Below, in pieces: positions 1-8,762 of a stretch of DNA of 58,822 nucleotides. The notes beneath the pieces are model-generated. The model was given only the letters and a program-made list of their open reading frames with translations, made no database searches and was not told the origin of the DNA. Both the position numbers and the translations under genes were made by a program. How positions within the stretch are numbered: position 1 is the stretch's first letter; each line of letters opens with the position of its first letter. This DNA comes from Candidatus Omnitrophota bacterium (GTDB taxonomy: Bacteria; Omnitrophota; Gorgyraeia; Duberdicusellales; 4484-171), in assembly GCA_018818105.1 (NCBI GenBank), contig JAHISK010000130.1:1-58822 (forward strand). The letters run 5' to 3'.

Positions 1-92
1 ATAATCAAAGCAAAAGATATAATTGTTAGATTGATAAAGTTTTCCATCCGGACATGCAGACTAGCATAAAAGAAATTTCCGTCATCTCTTTA
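1..92. mobile_element. Partial copy (right part) of a MITE-like element also found at 47314-47494 and 55111-55242
   Basis: 1-39 matches 55185-55222. 40-61 is the near reverse complement of GTCTTGATGTCCGGATGGAGAA inside the 47314 copy. Ends in the degenerate TIR GTCATCTCTTTA. Confidence 0.65.
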
Positions 93-356
93 CAATGCGA
101 AGGGTTATATATGTTATCGCGACCTATTTAAGAAAGAACCGAAAATGACTTATCTATGATAGTTTTTCTGTACGCAAGAAATCAAGAGGAATAGATAAAC
201 GATTTAATGAAGTTACGCTACTGCCATCGCTCCAGCCGAATAACGCTTCCATCCGAACTCGTTTTATTTTCCTTTGGCTCTAACCCATAGTGTGTCTGCA
301 ACACACTAATCACTTTATCAGAATAGATTTTATTAATCAAGGTAGGCGATAAAAAT

Positions 357-391
357 ATTCAGGCCTGTTACAAAAATTAACAGGCCTGAAT
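357..391 (-). terminator. Intrinsic terminator downstream of 446..1183
   Basis: Perfect 14-bp stem ATTCAGGCCTGTTA/TAACAGGCCTGAAT with a 7-nt loop, followed by a T-run on the minus strand. Confidence 0.75.
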
Positions 392-445
392 TCAATCATC
401 GTAATACTTCAGCCGCTTAGAGATATTAAGTACCAGCGGCGGTTT

Positions 446-1183
446 TCAGTTAACTGTTCTGGTATGTAAAAAATCTAAATGTAGCCGATCTCCTATGCTT
501 GTACTGCCGCCGCCCCAACCAGATAGCGAATTCACTAAATCGGCTTTCTTTATTTCTTCTTCTAAGTCCCTATCACAATAATCCTCATACCCTTTTACTT
601 TTTCTGGCATTGACTTTATATTCTTTTTAAACTCTTCATTATTTCTAAAGTTCTTATTTTTATATAACCTCACAAGCCCCCTATATGATTCAACTGCATG
701 CCACCAATCATAACCACTGCCGCTTTTTTTATCGTTATACTCAGTAATAACGTTCTCAAGAAAATCTCTAATACCCAACACTTCTTTTAACGATAGTTTT
801 TTATTCCTCCCTATCTCTCCCAAAGCGTATGCTGCATGCTTACGCGCGTCCGAATTTACACTTAAATCGTCTACCACTTCTTCTAATTCAGGGACTGCCT
901 TTATTCCTAATCCTACAAGATACATAAAAGCATCCTGCCTATGCGCTGTACCAGGATCTTGAATGCCGTCTAATTGAATTATATAGCCTCTGACTTTTGT
1001 AGCTATTAAAGAAATATCTTTCGGGATTTCTGCCTGCGCGATAACCATAGGTTCAAAGGGCTCAAAATTCATGCTATCCCACGCCCAAACCTGACTAACC
1101 ACCGCCAACACCATGACTAAACCAATTATTACACTTATTCCTTTTCCCCATACTTTAATTAATTTTTTTGTAGCTAAACTCAT
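446..1183 (-). CDS. Secreted/membrane-anchored protein with a HEAT-like (PBS lyase) repeat
   Basis: N-terminal signal-like segment (VWA-W), motif AVPELEEVV...ARKHAAYALGEIG, GGAGG RBS. Confidence 0.7.
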   Translation of the reverse strand: MSLATKKLIKVWGKGISVIIGLVMVLAVVSQVWAWDSMNFEPFEPMVIAQAEIPKDISLIATKVRGYIIQLDGIQDPGTAHRQDAFMYLVGLGIKAVPELEEVVDDLSVNSDARKHAAYALGEIGRNKKLSLKEVLGIRDFLENVITEYNDKKSGSGYDWWHAVESYRGLVRLYKNKNFRNNEEFKKNIKSMPEKVKGYEDYCDRDLEEEIKKADLVNSLSGWGGGSTSIGDRLHLDFLHTRTVN

Positions 1184-1233
1184 ATGCCCTCCTTGGTATA
1201 ATTAGATATCACTGCACTTTGTTAAAAAATAAA

Positions 1234-1449
1234 TTAAGCTAATATTAACTTATGACATTTTGGCTCGGGTATAGCATCTCCAAATTCTTTTGCTGTTTTT
1301 ATCCAAAGCTCAATAGCATCGCTAATATTTTTCAGAGCTATCTGCTGAGTTTGCCCATGAGCCATACAGCCTGGTAATTCAGGGACTTCTGCGATATAGG
1401 CATTATCTTCATTGCTCCAATATAAAATAATTTCATATTTATTCTTCAT
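1234..1449 (-). CDS. hicB: HicB-family antitoxin (short, no DNA-binding domain)
   Basis: YIAEVPELPGCMAHGQT...IPEP motif; 4-nt overlap with hicA. Confidence 0.9.
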   Translation of the reverse strand: MKNKYEIILYWSNEDNAYIAEVPELPGCMAHGQTQQIALKNISDAIELWIKTAKEFGDAIPEPKCHKLILA

Positions 1450-1703
1450 ATAATTCTACCTCCAAGCTTATATTTTAATATTACCACTCTAACTTGTTTT
1501 ACTTGATAAGGTTTAGCTTTACTACCATCTCTTTGAAGATTTATTTTTTCTTCAATTCCTTTTTTCCTAAAGATATAATGACTGCCTTTTTTCCTCAAAT
1601 CAAAGCCTAATTTGATTAATAATTGACATAAATCAGTAAACCCAATATTAGCATCTGATGTCCCATGTAATATTTGTAATATTACTTTTTTATATTTTCC
1701 CAT
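1446..1703 (-). CDS. hicA: HicA-family toxin (mRNA interferase)
   Basis: LGF...KGSH motif, AKPYQVKQV tail, 85 aa basic protein. Confidence 0.9.
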   Translation of the reverse strand: MGKYKKVILQILHGTSDANIGFTDLCQLLIKLGFDLRKKGSHYIFRKKGIEEKINLQRDGSKAKPYQVKQVRVVILKYKLGGRII

Positions 1704-1735
1704 AGGCTTTTATTTTATATTCTATTTCGATGAAG

Positions 1736-2350
1736 TCAATAATATTTTCTAGACACAAATCGGCTATCTTTAATATAAAACCGTAAAGGTAAATCTTTTG
1801 ATTTTGCGGCGTATTCAACGCCTACCCTTTTTGTCTTAACAATATTAAACTTCTTAAGAGGTCCTCTGGCGACAAAAAAATCCCGAGAACAAATACTTTT
1901 ACCTAAAAATTGCTTGTTTATGCCAAAAGCTTGCGTCCACCGGCAAGGCCCAGCAGTTAACTTTTTCAAATCTTCGCCCCCTCCCCGGTTTCGCTTCATG
2001 ACGTCTATCCCCTCTATAGGCTCCAACGCTCTTATAAAAACAGCTTGAGGTACGTCTTTTTTAGAAACAACAATATTAAAACAATAGAACTTACCGTAAA
2101 TAAGATACACATAAATTATTCCGCCGGCATGATACATAATTTTATTGCGCGCGGTAATTTTTCCGCCGAAACTATGAGAAGCATCATCATCTAGTCCCAA
2201 ATAACTTTCGGTTTCAACTATTTTACCAATTAATATCTTTTTTTTGTCCTTTACAACTAAAAAATCTCCTAATAAATTCTGGGCGACATACTCGGGAGGA
2301 CGCTGAAAAAAACGCTCGTTTCTCTTTCTCTTGTTTAATTCTGATATCAT
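1736..2350 (-). CDS. mpg: DNA-3-methyladenine glycosylase (MPG/AAG family)
   Basis: IVETESY, ASHS, YVYLIYG, AVFIRALEP, GP motifs. Confidence 0.92.
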   Translation of the reverse strand: MISELNKRKRNERFFQRPPEYVAQNLLGDFLVVKDKKKILIGKIVETESYLGLDDDASHSFGGKITARNKIMYHAGGIIYVYLIYGKFYCFNIVVSKKDVPQAVFIRALEPIEGIDVMKRNRGGGEDLKKLTAGPCRWTQAFGINKQFLGKSICSRDFFVARGPLKKFNIVKTKRVGVEYAAKSKDLPLRFYIKDSRFVSRKYY

Positions 2351-2441
2351 TGGTCTTTATAACGGGAGAGTTACCCCTCGAACATACTCGGGATTTCCTT
2401 CGGTCACAAACCCTCCCCTACATATTTTCACTAGCTACTAT

Positions 2442-2795
2442 TTATATTTCTTCCCAACTTTCTAAATAATCATCTTTAAAAAACAGCATTAACTTCCTAC
2501 TTTTATAAACCCAGCAATCATACCCTTCTACGGTTTTCTCTCGCTTATCCGGCAAACCCATCTTTTTAACAATTTCATCTTTGGTATCACGAACAATAAA
2601 ATACAGGCCATCATTAGCACTATAATAATCTCTTCCTTCCTGATATCCTTCGCCCATTTCCTGCTTAACTCGCAACCCACAGGAACCGTTCTCTCTATAA
2701 GTATAATCTCTCATTTTCACACACCCCACACTGCCCACAAAACACAAAACACTAAACACTAAACACTTCCTCCATTGCCCCTTCTTCATAATCAC
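2442..2795 (-). CDS. Putative lipoprotein (SmpA/BamE-like fold possible)
   Basis: Basic N-terminus, hydrophobic stretch, SVG-C lipobox-like site, TKDEIVKKMGLPD...W.Y motif. Confidence 0.6.
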   Translation of the reverse strand: MIMKKGQWRKCLVFSVLCFVGSVGCVKMRDYTYRENGSCGLRVKQEMGEGYQEGRDYYSANDGLYFIVRDTKDEIVKKMGLPDKREKTVEGYDCWVYKSRKLMLFFKDDYLESWEEI

Positions 2796-4513
2796 ACCCC
2801 CAATAATGAAAGAATCATATTTAAAATAAACCCTGCCACAACTGTCGTGCTAATCATAATAAGAACTGATTTAGCCATATCCTTGATCCCTAATTCCTTC
2901 ATTAAAACAACAAACGTTGCCGCGCAAGGAAAATATATTGATAAAATAGTAGCGCCCACGATCAACTGTTTTAATGAAAGACTTAACGGACGTAACATCC
3001 CAACAGCAACATCTTTTCTTAAAAACCCAACAATCAAAGCCCCAATTACTTCCTTAGGAAGTCCCCATAAATTAGTTACTATGGGAGCGAATATATTAGC
3101 AAAAAAATCAATAACCTTAAAGAAATAAAGGACATTAATAAACAAAATACCCACTAAGACCAAAGGAATCGCTTCCTTTAGGAACCAGCTTATTCGCATC
3201 CATAACTTCTTAAAAATACTTCTAAGATGCGGGATTCGGTAAGGCGGAATCTCTATTAAAATTTCAGGGCTTTGTCCTTTCACAAATTTGTTCATTACAT
3301 TTCCCAAAATTTGCAATATACAAAAAAGCACAAAGAAAACAACAAATACGTACTGACTTCCAAATCTACCTAACACCCCAATAATCATCGCTGTCTGCGC
3401 CATACAGGGAACAGCTATCGCCATCAGCGTAGCGGCAATAAACTTTTCACGTTTTTCCTCAAACAATCTTACCGCTAACGCGCCAGGAACATTACACCCT
3501 AACCCTAAAATCATAGGAATAATCGCGTACCCATGCAGCCCTAACCGATGAAACAACCTGTCCGCCAATACTGCTAACCGCGGTAAATACCCCCAATCTT
3601 CAAGCAAACTTAAGATAAAATAAAAACTAAACACATACGGCAAAACCATAACCAAAGGAACATACAATCCCGTGGTAAGCAACCCAAATGACTGGCTATA
3701 ATCAACCGCTCCCTCTACCAGATTCCCAATAAAAACAGTATGAAAAAAAGAACCTTGTCGCAAAAATTCACTTAATTGTAATATTAAAGGATTATAGATA
3801 TTTTGAAAAAAAGGGTCAAAAATATAATTAATAAGGCCTTCTCCAATACTTCTCATTATAAAAAACGAAGCACTAATCACCCCTAACCCGATAATAAAAG
3901 AAAACGGCGGTTTTATGCTCAAATCCTGTAAAACATCTAAAAACGTATGATGACGATGATAAAGCTTCTGAGTGGTTTCAACGATATCACCAATTTCATT
4001 CCATAAAGGCTCCTTGGAATATTTTAGCGGTGACTGTTTAGCTTCGTTTATATTATAAACCAACTGGCTGATCCCCTCTCCCGTCAATCCGCAAGTAGCC
4101 ACAACAGGTATTCCCAATAACTCTTGTAATTTAACTACATCTATCTCTATACCTAAATGTTTTGTCTCATCCCACATATTCAAAACAACAATTATAGGTT
4201 TATTTACTTTTCGAATTAGTTCTAACGTCAAATATAAATTTCTTTCTAAATTCGTCGCGTCGATAACATTAATAATCAAATCCGCGTCTTCAACAATTTT
4301 TACGGCCACCTCTTCGGCTTTTGATGTCGCTTTAAGGCTATAGGTGCCGGGAACATCAATGATTTCTGCCTTTATGTTAAAAAACCGCATAAACCCTTTT
4401 TTAAATTCAACAGTTGTACCGGGATAATTAGACGCGATAACTTTAACCCCAGTAAGACGGGAAAAAATCACGCTTTTACCTACATTAGGATTTCCTATTA
4501 AAAGTGTCTTCAT
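2792..4513 (-). CDS. feoB: Ferrous iron transporter FeoB
   Basis: GNPNVGKS, NYPGTTV, DVPG, NMWD G-domain motifs, followed by a multi-TM domain with GLGCNVP. Confidence 0.95.
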   Translation of the reverse strand: MKTLLIGNPNVGKSVIFSRLTGVKVIASNYPGTTVEFKKGFMRFFNIKAEIIDVPGTYSLKATSKAEEVAVKIVEDADLIINVIDATNLERNLYLTLELIRKVNKPIIVVLNMWDETKHLGIEIDVVKLQELLGIPVVATCGLTGEGISQLVYNINEAKQSPLKYSKEPLWNEIGDIVETTQKLYHRHHTFLDVLQDLSIKPPFSFIIGLGVISASFFIMRSIGEGLINYIFDPFFQNIYNPLILQLSEFLRQGSFFHTVFIGNLVEGAVDYSQSFGLLTTGLYVPLVMVLPYVFSFYFILSLLEDWGYLPRLAVLADRLFHRLGLHGYAIIPMILGLGCNVPGALAVRLFEEKREKFIAATLMAIAVPCMAQTAMIIGVLGRFGSQYVFVVFFVLFCILQILGNVMNKFVKGQSPEILIEIPPYRIPHLRSIFKKLWMRISWFLKEAIPLVLVGILFINVLYFFKVIDFFANIFAPIVTNLWGLPKEVIGALIVGFLRKDVAVGMLRPLSLSLKQLIVGATILSIYFPCAATFVVLMKELGIKDMAKSVLIMISTTVVAGFILNMILSLLGV

Positions 4514-4552
4514 AATAAATATTAGACCAAAAATCTTTTTTCTAGTTTCTTT

Positions 4553-4582
4553 CTATGGACTATCGACTATGGTCTATGGACT
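4553..4582. repeat. Heptamer array CTATGGA/CTATCGA/CTATGGT/CTATGGA overlapping the feoA stop
   Basis: Four 7-nt units; same family as 42864-42958. Confidence 0.8.
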
Positions 4583-4811
4583 TTTCCACAGGTTCTACCA
4601 TTACTTTTGAAGCCATACCAACACCTAACGCAACCTGCGTACGGCCCATCGTCACAACTACCGGGCCTCGCCAGGAAGAACCAGTTATTTTCTTTACCAC
4701 CATACCTTCTTTTACCCCAAGATTATGTAAGCGGTCCTTTAAATTAGTTCCACCTTCCACACTAATCACCTTAGCAGAACTGCCTGTTGCTAATTTATCT
4801 AAACTAATCAT
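4560..4811 (-). CDS. feoA: FeoA
   Basis: RLHNLGVKEG, GPVVV, VALG..MA motifs; directly upstream of feoB. Confidence 0.93.
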   Translation of the reverse strand: MISLDKLATGSSAKVISVEGGTNLKDRLHNLGVKEGMVVKKITGSSWRGPVVVTMGRTQVALGVGMASKVMVEPVEKSIDHSR

Positions 4812-4823
4812 ACCCTTTTATAT

Positions 4824-5852
4824 TTATAATCCCATCAAATAAAGCCCATACCCAATAACCAACCCTATCGCGAGATTAAATAATTTCACCCAAATACTAG
4901 CTTTTACACTGTGCGAAAGTAAGGGGATTATACCATGTCCATCTTGGACTATACAAGAAGTAAATAACACCGAAAATGGGATTATACCCTTAAAAAACAT
5001 TATAACAAAAATCAAATGAGGCCCGCTATCCGGTATAATTCCTACCAAAGCGGCAATAAGCAACACATAAACCAGATGATTCTTTACAAACACCTCCAGA
5101 TTAAAAAATGTTGATCCTGTTTCTATTAATAAAAACGCGAAGAAACTCCATAACAATATTCGCCAAAGATGTTTTTTAACTATATGTTCCCATATATGCT
5201 CATGAAGATAGTGTTCTGAAACTGTCCCCACGATAAACAATGCTATGCTCATTAAAGACACAAAACTCCATCGTTCCCATCCCCACTCTTGTGGCCCTAA
5301 AGCACCGGTAATAAAGGTATAAAGAAAAAAAACAAATAACGCGATTAATAAAAATCGGCTAAATGATAATCTTTTCAAAACTGTAAATATTTCTTTTATT
5401 CCTAAAGAATATTGGTGATCTTCTACATGAATAGCGCAAGCCCCACAATCACAGGGATCCCGCCATTTAAACTTTTTCATCATTTTATCGACAATAAAAG
5501 CGCCGCAAACGCCCACGACAAATAATAAACCATGAATAATCAACGCTTTCTTAGGAAACAACCCAAACATAACAAAGGAAGCATCTCCGCTAGTAGCAAG
5601 CATTGCCGCGGCAAGCGCGCCAAAAGAAACTAATCCTCTCACATAAAACGAGACCACCATAAAAGCGCCTAAACATCCAGGAATCACACCCAGAAAAGAA
5701 GCAATAACATACTGACGAAATCTGCCCCCCTTTATAACCCCTGTTAACCTCCCCGCGGTTAAAACATTCATATAATCAATAAGCATCATCATCACAAACA
5801 CAAACGACGTTACCATCAACCCATGATTGAAACTATGACTTATTATTTCCAT
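4824..5852 (-). CDS. Putative manganese/metal transporter (arsenic-efflux-like, multi-TM)
   Basis: LGVIPGCLGAF, ATSGD, EHYLHEHIWEH, IPDSGPH, QDGHG motifs; co-oriented with feoAB. Confidence 0.75.
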   Translation of the reverse strand: MEIISHSFNHGLMVTSFVFVMMMLIDYMNVLTAGRLTGVIKGGRFRQYVIASFLGVIPGCLGAFMVVSFYVRGLVSFGALAAAMLATSGDASFVMFGLFPKKALIIHGLLFVVGVCGAFIVDKMMKKFKWRDPCDCGACAIHVEDHQYSLGIKEIFTVLKRLSFSRFLLIALFVFFLYTFITGALGPQEWGWERWSFVSLMSIALFIVGTVSEHYLHEHIWEHIVKKHLWRILLWSFFAFLLIETGSTFFNLEVFVKNHLVYVLLIAALVGIIPDSGPHLIFVIMFFKGIIPFSVLFTSCIVQDGHGIIPLLSHSVKASIWVKLFNLAIGLVIGYGLYLMGL

Positions 5853-5889
5853 ATACCATCCTCCCTATCAATTATCAGCTTCTGCAAAA

Positions 5890-6020
5890 AATAAACAATA
5901 GACAAAATCCAAATTACAAACAATACACAAATTCAAATATACAATTTACAAATAAAGAAATTCTTCGGGTTTTATTGTATATTTTATCCCTTTGTCTATT
6001 GTTTATTGTAATTTGTGATT
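5890..6020. repeat. Imperfect inverted repeat built from ~7-nt units (caaatta/taatttg type)
   Basis: ataaacaatagacaaa / tttgtctattgtttat arms, plus caaattacaaa / ttgtaatttg. Confidence 0.7.
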
Positions 6021-6041
6021 TTCATATAAATTTCAACAGTA

Positions 6042-6692
6042 TCATCTAGATCCAAAAATCGCTGTTCCCACCCGTACAATATTAGCGCCTTCCTGATACG
6101 CGACTTTATAGGTATCACTCATACCCATAGATAAATATTTACAATCGGCGTTTGTTTGTTTTATTCTATCAAAAATATCTTTAGTCACCTTAAAAAAAGA
6201 CCTAATATCTTCGGGATTATCAACAGACGGACCCATAGTCATTAATCCCATAAAATTCAAATTCTTAAACCCAAGAATTTCCGCCACAAGGTCTTTTACA
6301 TTTTCTGGCAAAACACCCGCTTTCTGAGATTCGCAAGCAGAATTAACCTCAATTAAAACCGGCATTACTTTATTTATCTTTTTACATTCTTTATCTAACG
6401 CGGCCGCCAACTCAACCGAATCTAACGTCTCAATCATATCAAATATCTTAACTGCCGTCTTAGCCTTATTCTTCTGCAAATGGCCAATCAAATGCCATTT
6501 AACTTTACGCCCTAAAACATCAAATTTAGATTGAGCTTCCTGGACATAATTCTCTCCAACTATTCTTACGCCAGCCGCTATCACTTCTAAAATTTGAGAA
6601 ATATCTCTCTTTTTAGTAGCAACTTCTAATTCCACATCTCGCGGCAATTCTGATAGAATATTTTTTACATTATTTTTAATCATTTCTGGCAC
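6042..6692 (-). CDS. yggS: PLP-binding protein YggS/PROSC
   Basis: GENYVQE, WHLIGHLQKNK, GLMTM, LSMGMS, VRVGTAIFG. Confidence 0.95.
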   Translation of the reverse strand: MPEMIKNNVKNILSELPRDVELEVATKKRDISQILEVIAAGVRIVGENYVQEAQSKFDVLGRKVKWHLIGHLQKNKAKTAVKIFDMIETLDSVELAAALDKECKKINKVMPVLIEVNSACESQKAGVLPENVKDLVAEILGFKNLNFMGLMTMGPSVDNPEDIRSFFKVTKDIFDRIKQTNADCKYLSMGMSDTYKVAYQEGANIVRVGTAIFGSR

Positions 6693-6695
6693 GAA

Positions 6696-7622
6696 TTAAT
6701 TATTACCAATGTAGTAACATTTTTTATTAACAACTTTCTCTTTTATTTTATTTTCTTTAATAAAATTGTTAACGCATATATTCACTTCTTTGACGTCTAA
6801 CCCTAAAGAGCCCACTAAATCATCTAATGTTGCTGGACGCCGCCTTAAATATTCCATAATCTTATCTTGAGCGTTAACCAAGCATTTCTTTTGTTCTTTG
6901 TTAAGAGATGACTCAGCGACTTCAATATTAGAATCAATTATTTCCTTTATTTTATCTATCTTCTCTTTACTCGATAGTTTTAACTTAATCGGCGCCGGTC
7001 TTACGGGAAGATTAAGCTGTATTTTATCCGGATTTACCTTATCGACTATTCTTTTAAACTCTTTAGCTTCTTTTATAGAATCATTTATATTGGCTAGAAT
7101 CATAATTTCCAACCAAATTTGGCCTTTAAACTCTTTTCGTAACGCGATTAACCCCTCAACTATTTTTTTAAAAGTAATTCCTTTAGCGGGACGATTTATT
7201 TCATGAAAAGTCTTAGCGCCAGCCGCGTCTAAAGACGGCACTATTAAATCGGCTTCCTTTAATTCTTTTCTAACATCTTTACGGTATAAAAGAGAAGAAT
7301 TAGTAATCACGCATATAGGATAACGATTTTTAGTGATTTTTTTTACAATCCGTATTAATTTATCTAAATCTTTATGCAACGTTGGTTCGCCTGAACCAGA
7401 AAAGGTTATATAATCAATTTTAGGCTGTTTTCGTAATATATCTTTAAGTTCTTTCTTAAACACGACTAAATCAACCTTAAAAAAACGACGCGCGGTCATA
7501 GTCGTAGTAACTCCTACTTGACAATAAAGACAATCAAAAGAACACACTTTTTTAGGGATTAAATCTACCCCTAAAGAAAACCCTAAGCGTCTTGATAAAA
7601 CTGGACCATAAAAGTAACTCAT
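6696..7622 (-). CDS. Radical SAM protein (Tyw1-like bacterial family) with a C-terminal HTH
   Basis: YGPVLSRRLGFSLG, CSFDCLYC, FSGSGEPTL. Confidence 0.85.
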   Translation of the reverse strand: MSYFYGPVLSRRLGFSLGVDLIPKKVCSFDCLYCQVGVTTTMTARRFFKVDLVVFKKELKDILRKQPKIDYITFSGSGEPTLHKDLDKLIRIVKKITKNRYPICVITNSSLLYRKDVRKELKEADLIVPSLDAAGAKTFHEINRPAKGITFKKIVEGLIALRKEFKGQIWLEIMILANINDSIKEAKEFKRIVDKVNPDKIQLNLPVRPAPIKLKLSSKEKIDKIKEIIDSNIEVAESSLNKEQKKCLVNAQDKIMEYLRRRPATLDDLVGSLGLDVKEVNICVNNFIKENKIKEKVVNKKCYYIGNN

Positions 7623-7718
7623 TAGGTTATTATATAATATTATTACCTTAATTTCATGTGTTTATTTTAGACCTATCAGGGACATCCTTACCTACTAACA
7701 GGAAAACAAAAATCTCCC

Positions 7719-8762
7719 TTACAATTTTTTTAATTCTTTTAAGGCAGATTTGAGATGTTCTAAAGACTGGCGGTCAGCAAGCAACGCGTACTTGGGAGTA
7801 TCTATAAAAACAACATCATTTATCCCCATAACTAAAACTTCTTTACCGGCACCGTTGACATATATAAGATTATTTTTTCCTTCCTTAACAAAAACTTTCC
7901 CCTTCTTTACATTATTATTTTTCCTTTTTGATAAAACTTCATATACAGCATTCCAATTTCCAAAATCTTTCCATTTAAAACTTCCTTTAACTACCCTGGC
8001 GCGTTTAGTTTTTTCCATAATTGCTTTATCAAAAGGAATTTTATCTATTCTTTTATACAGCTGATCTAACTTTCTACCTGAAGGGATAGCTTTATCTAAA
8101 ACCTTACTAAAAGCGTCATAAAATCCATAATATTTTCTAAACTCATTATCTAAAACTTCTAAGGTAGATATAAATATACCGCTATTATAATAAACGCTGC
8201 CTTTTTTTATAAGATTCTTGGCACAACTAAGAGAAGGTTTTTCCAAGAATTTCTTCACAGAAAAAACATCTTTACTAATTTCTTTCCCCGCTTGAATATA
8301 GCCAAAATTAGAAGTAGGCTGAGTAGGTACAATACCTAAAGTACATATCCCACCTCTACACGCTAAAGCTAAAGCTTTTTTTAATACCGAATAAAAATGG
8401 GTTTCTTCATCAATAAGATGGTCTACGGGAGAAATAACAACTTTACTTTCTAAGGGGAATCTCTTTTTCAAATAAAAAAGAGAAAGCAAAACTGCCGGCG
8501 CGGTATTTTTAGATTCCGGTTCAAAAATAATATTTTCTTTTTTAATCTGTCCTAATTTATAAAGCGCAAAGGCTTCTCCTTTATTAGCCGCTAGAAAAAT
8601 ATTTTCACGGGAAGTGACCTTCAAAAAACGCTTTATCGTTAACTCTAATGGCGAAAACCCAAAAACATCTAAGAAATTTTTGCTCCTATACTCTGAAAGC
8701 GGCCATAACCTTAAAGACTGCCCCCCACAAAGAATCAAAACAATGGGTTCATTTGATTTCAT
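7719..8762 (-). CDS. manC: Mannose-1-phosphate guanylyltransferase-like
   Basis: ILCGG.S.RLWPLS, EPESKNTAPA, P.DH, FGYI, FLEKP, NSGIF, W.DFGNW. Confidence 0.85.
   Translation of the reverse strand: MKSNEPIVLILCGGQSLRLWPLSEYRSKNFLDVFGFSPLELTIKRFLKVTSRENIFLAANKGEAFALYKLGQIKKENIIFEPESKNTAPAVLLSLFYLKKRFPLESKVVISPVDHLIDEETHFYSVLKKALALACRGGICTLGIVPTQPTSNFGYIQAGKEISKDVFSVKKFLEKPSLSCAKNLIKKGSVYYNSGIFISTLEVLDNEFRKYYGFYDAFSKVLDKAIPSGRKLDQLYKRIDKIPFDKAIMEKTKRARVVKGSFKWKDFGNWNAVYEVLSKRKNNNVKKGKVFVKEGKNNLIYVNGAGKEVLVMGINDVVFIDTPKYALLADRQSLEHLKSALKELKKL

Noticed and set aside
218-340. 40-codon minus-strand ORF (LINKIYSDKV...RWQ) as a small gene
   Set aside because: No RBS or recognisable motif; at most a gene fragment.
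2792-5852. feoAB as part of a magnetosome island
   Set aside because: No mam/mad-like genes recognised in the window.
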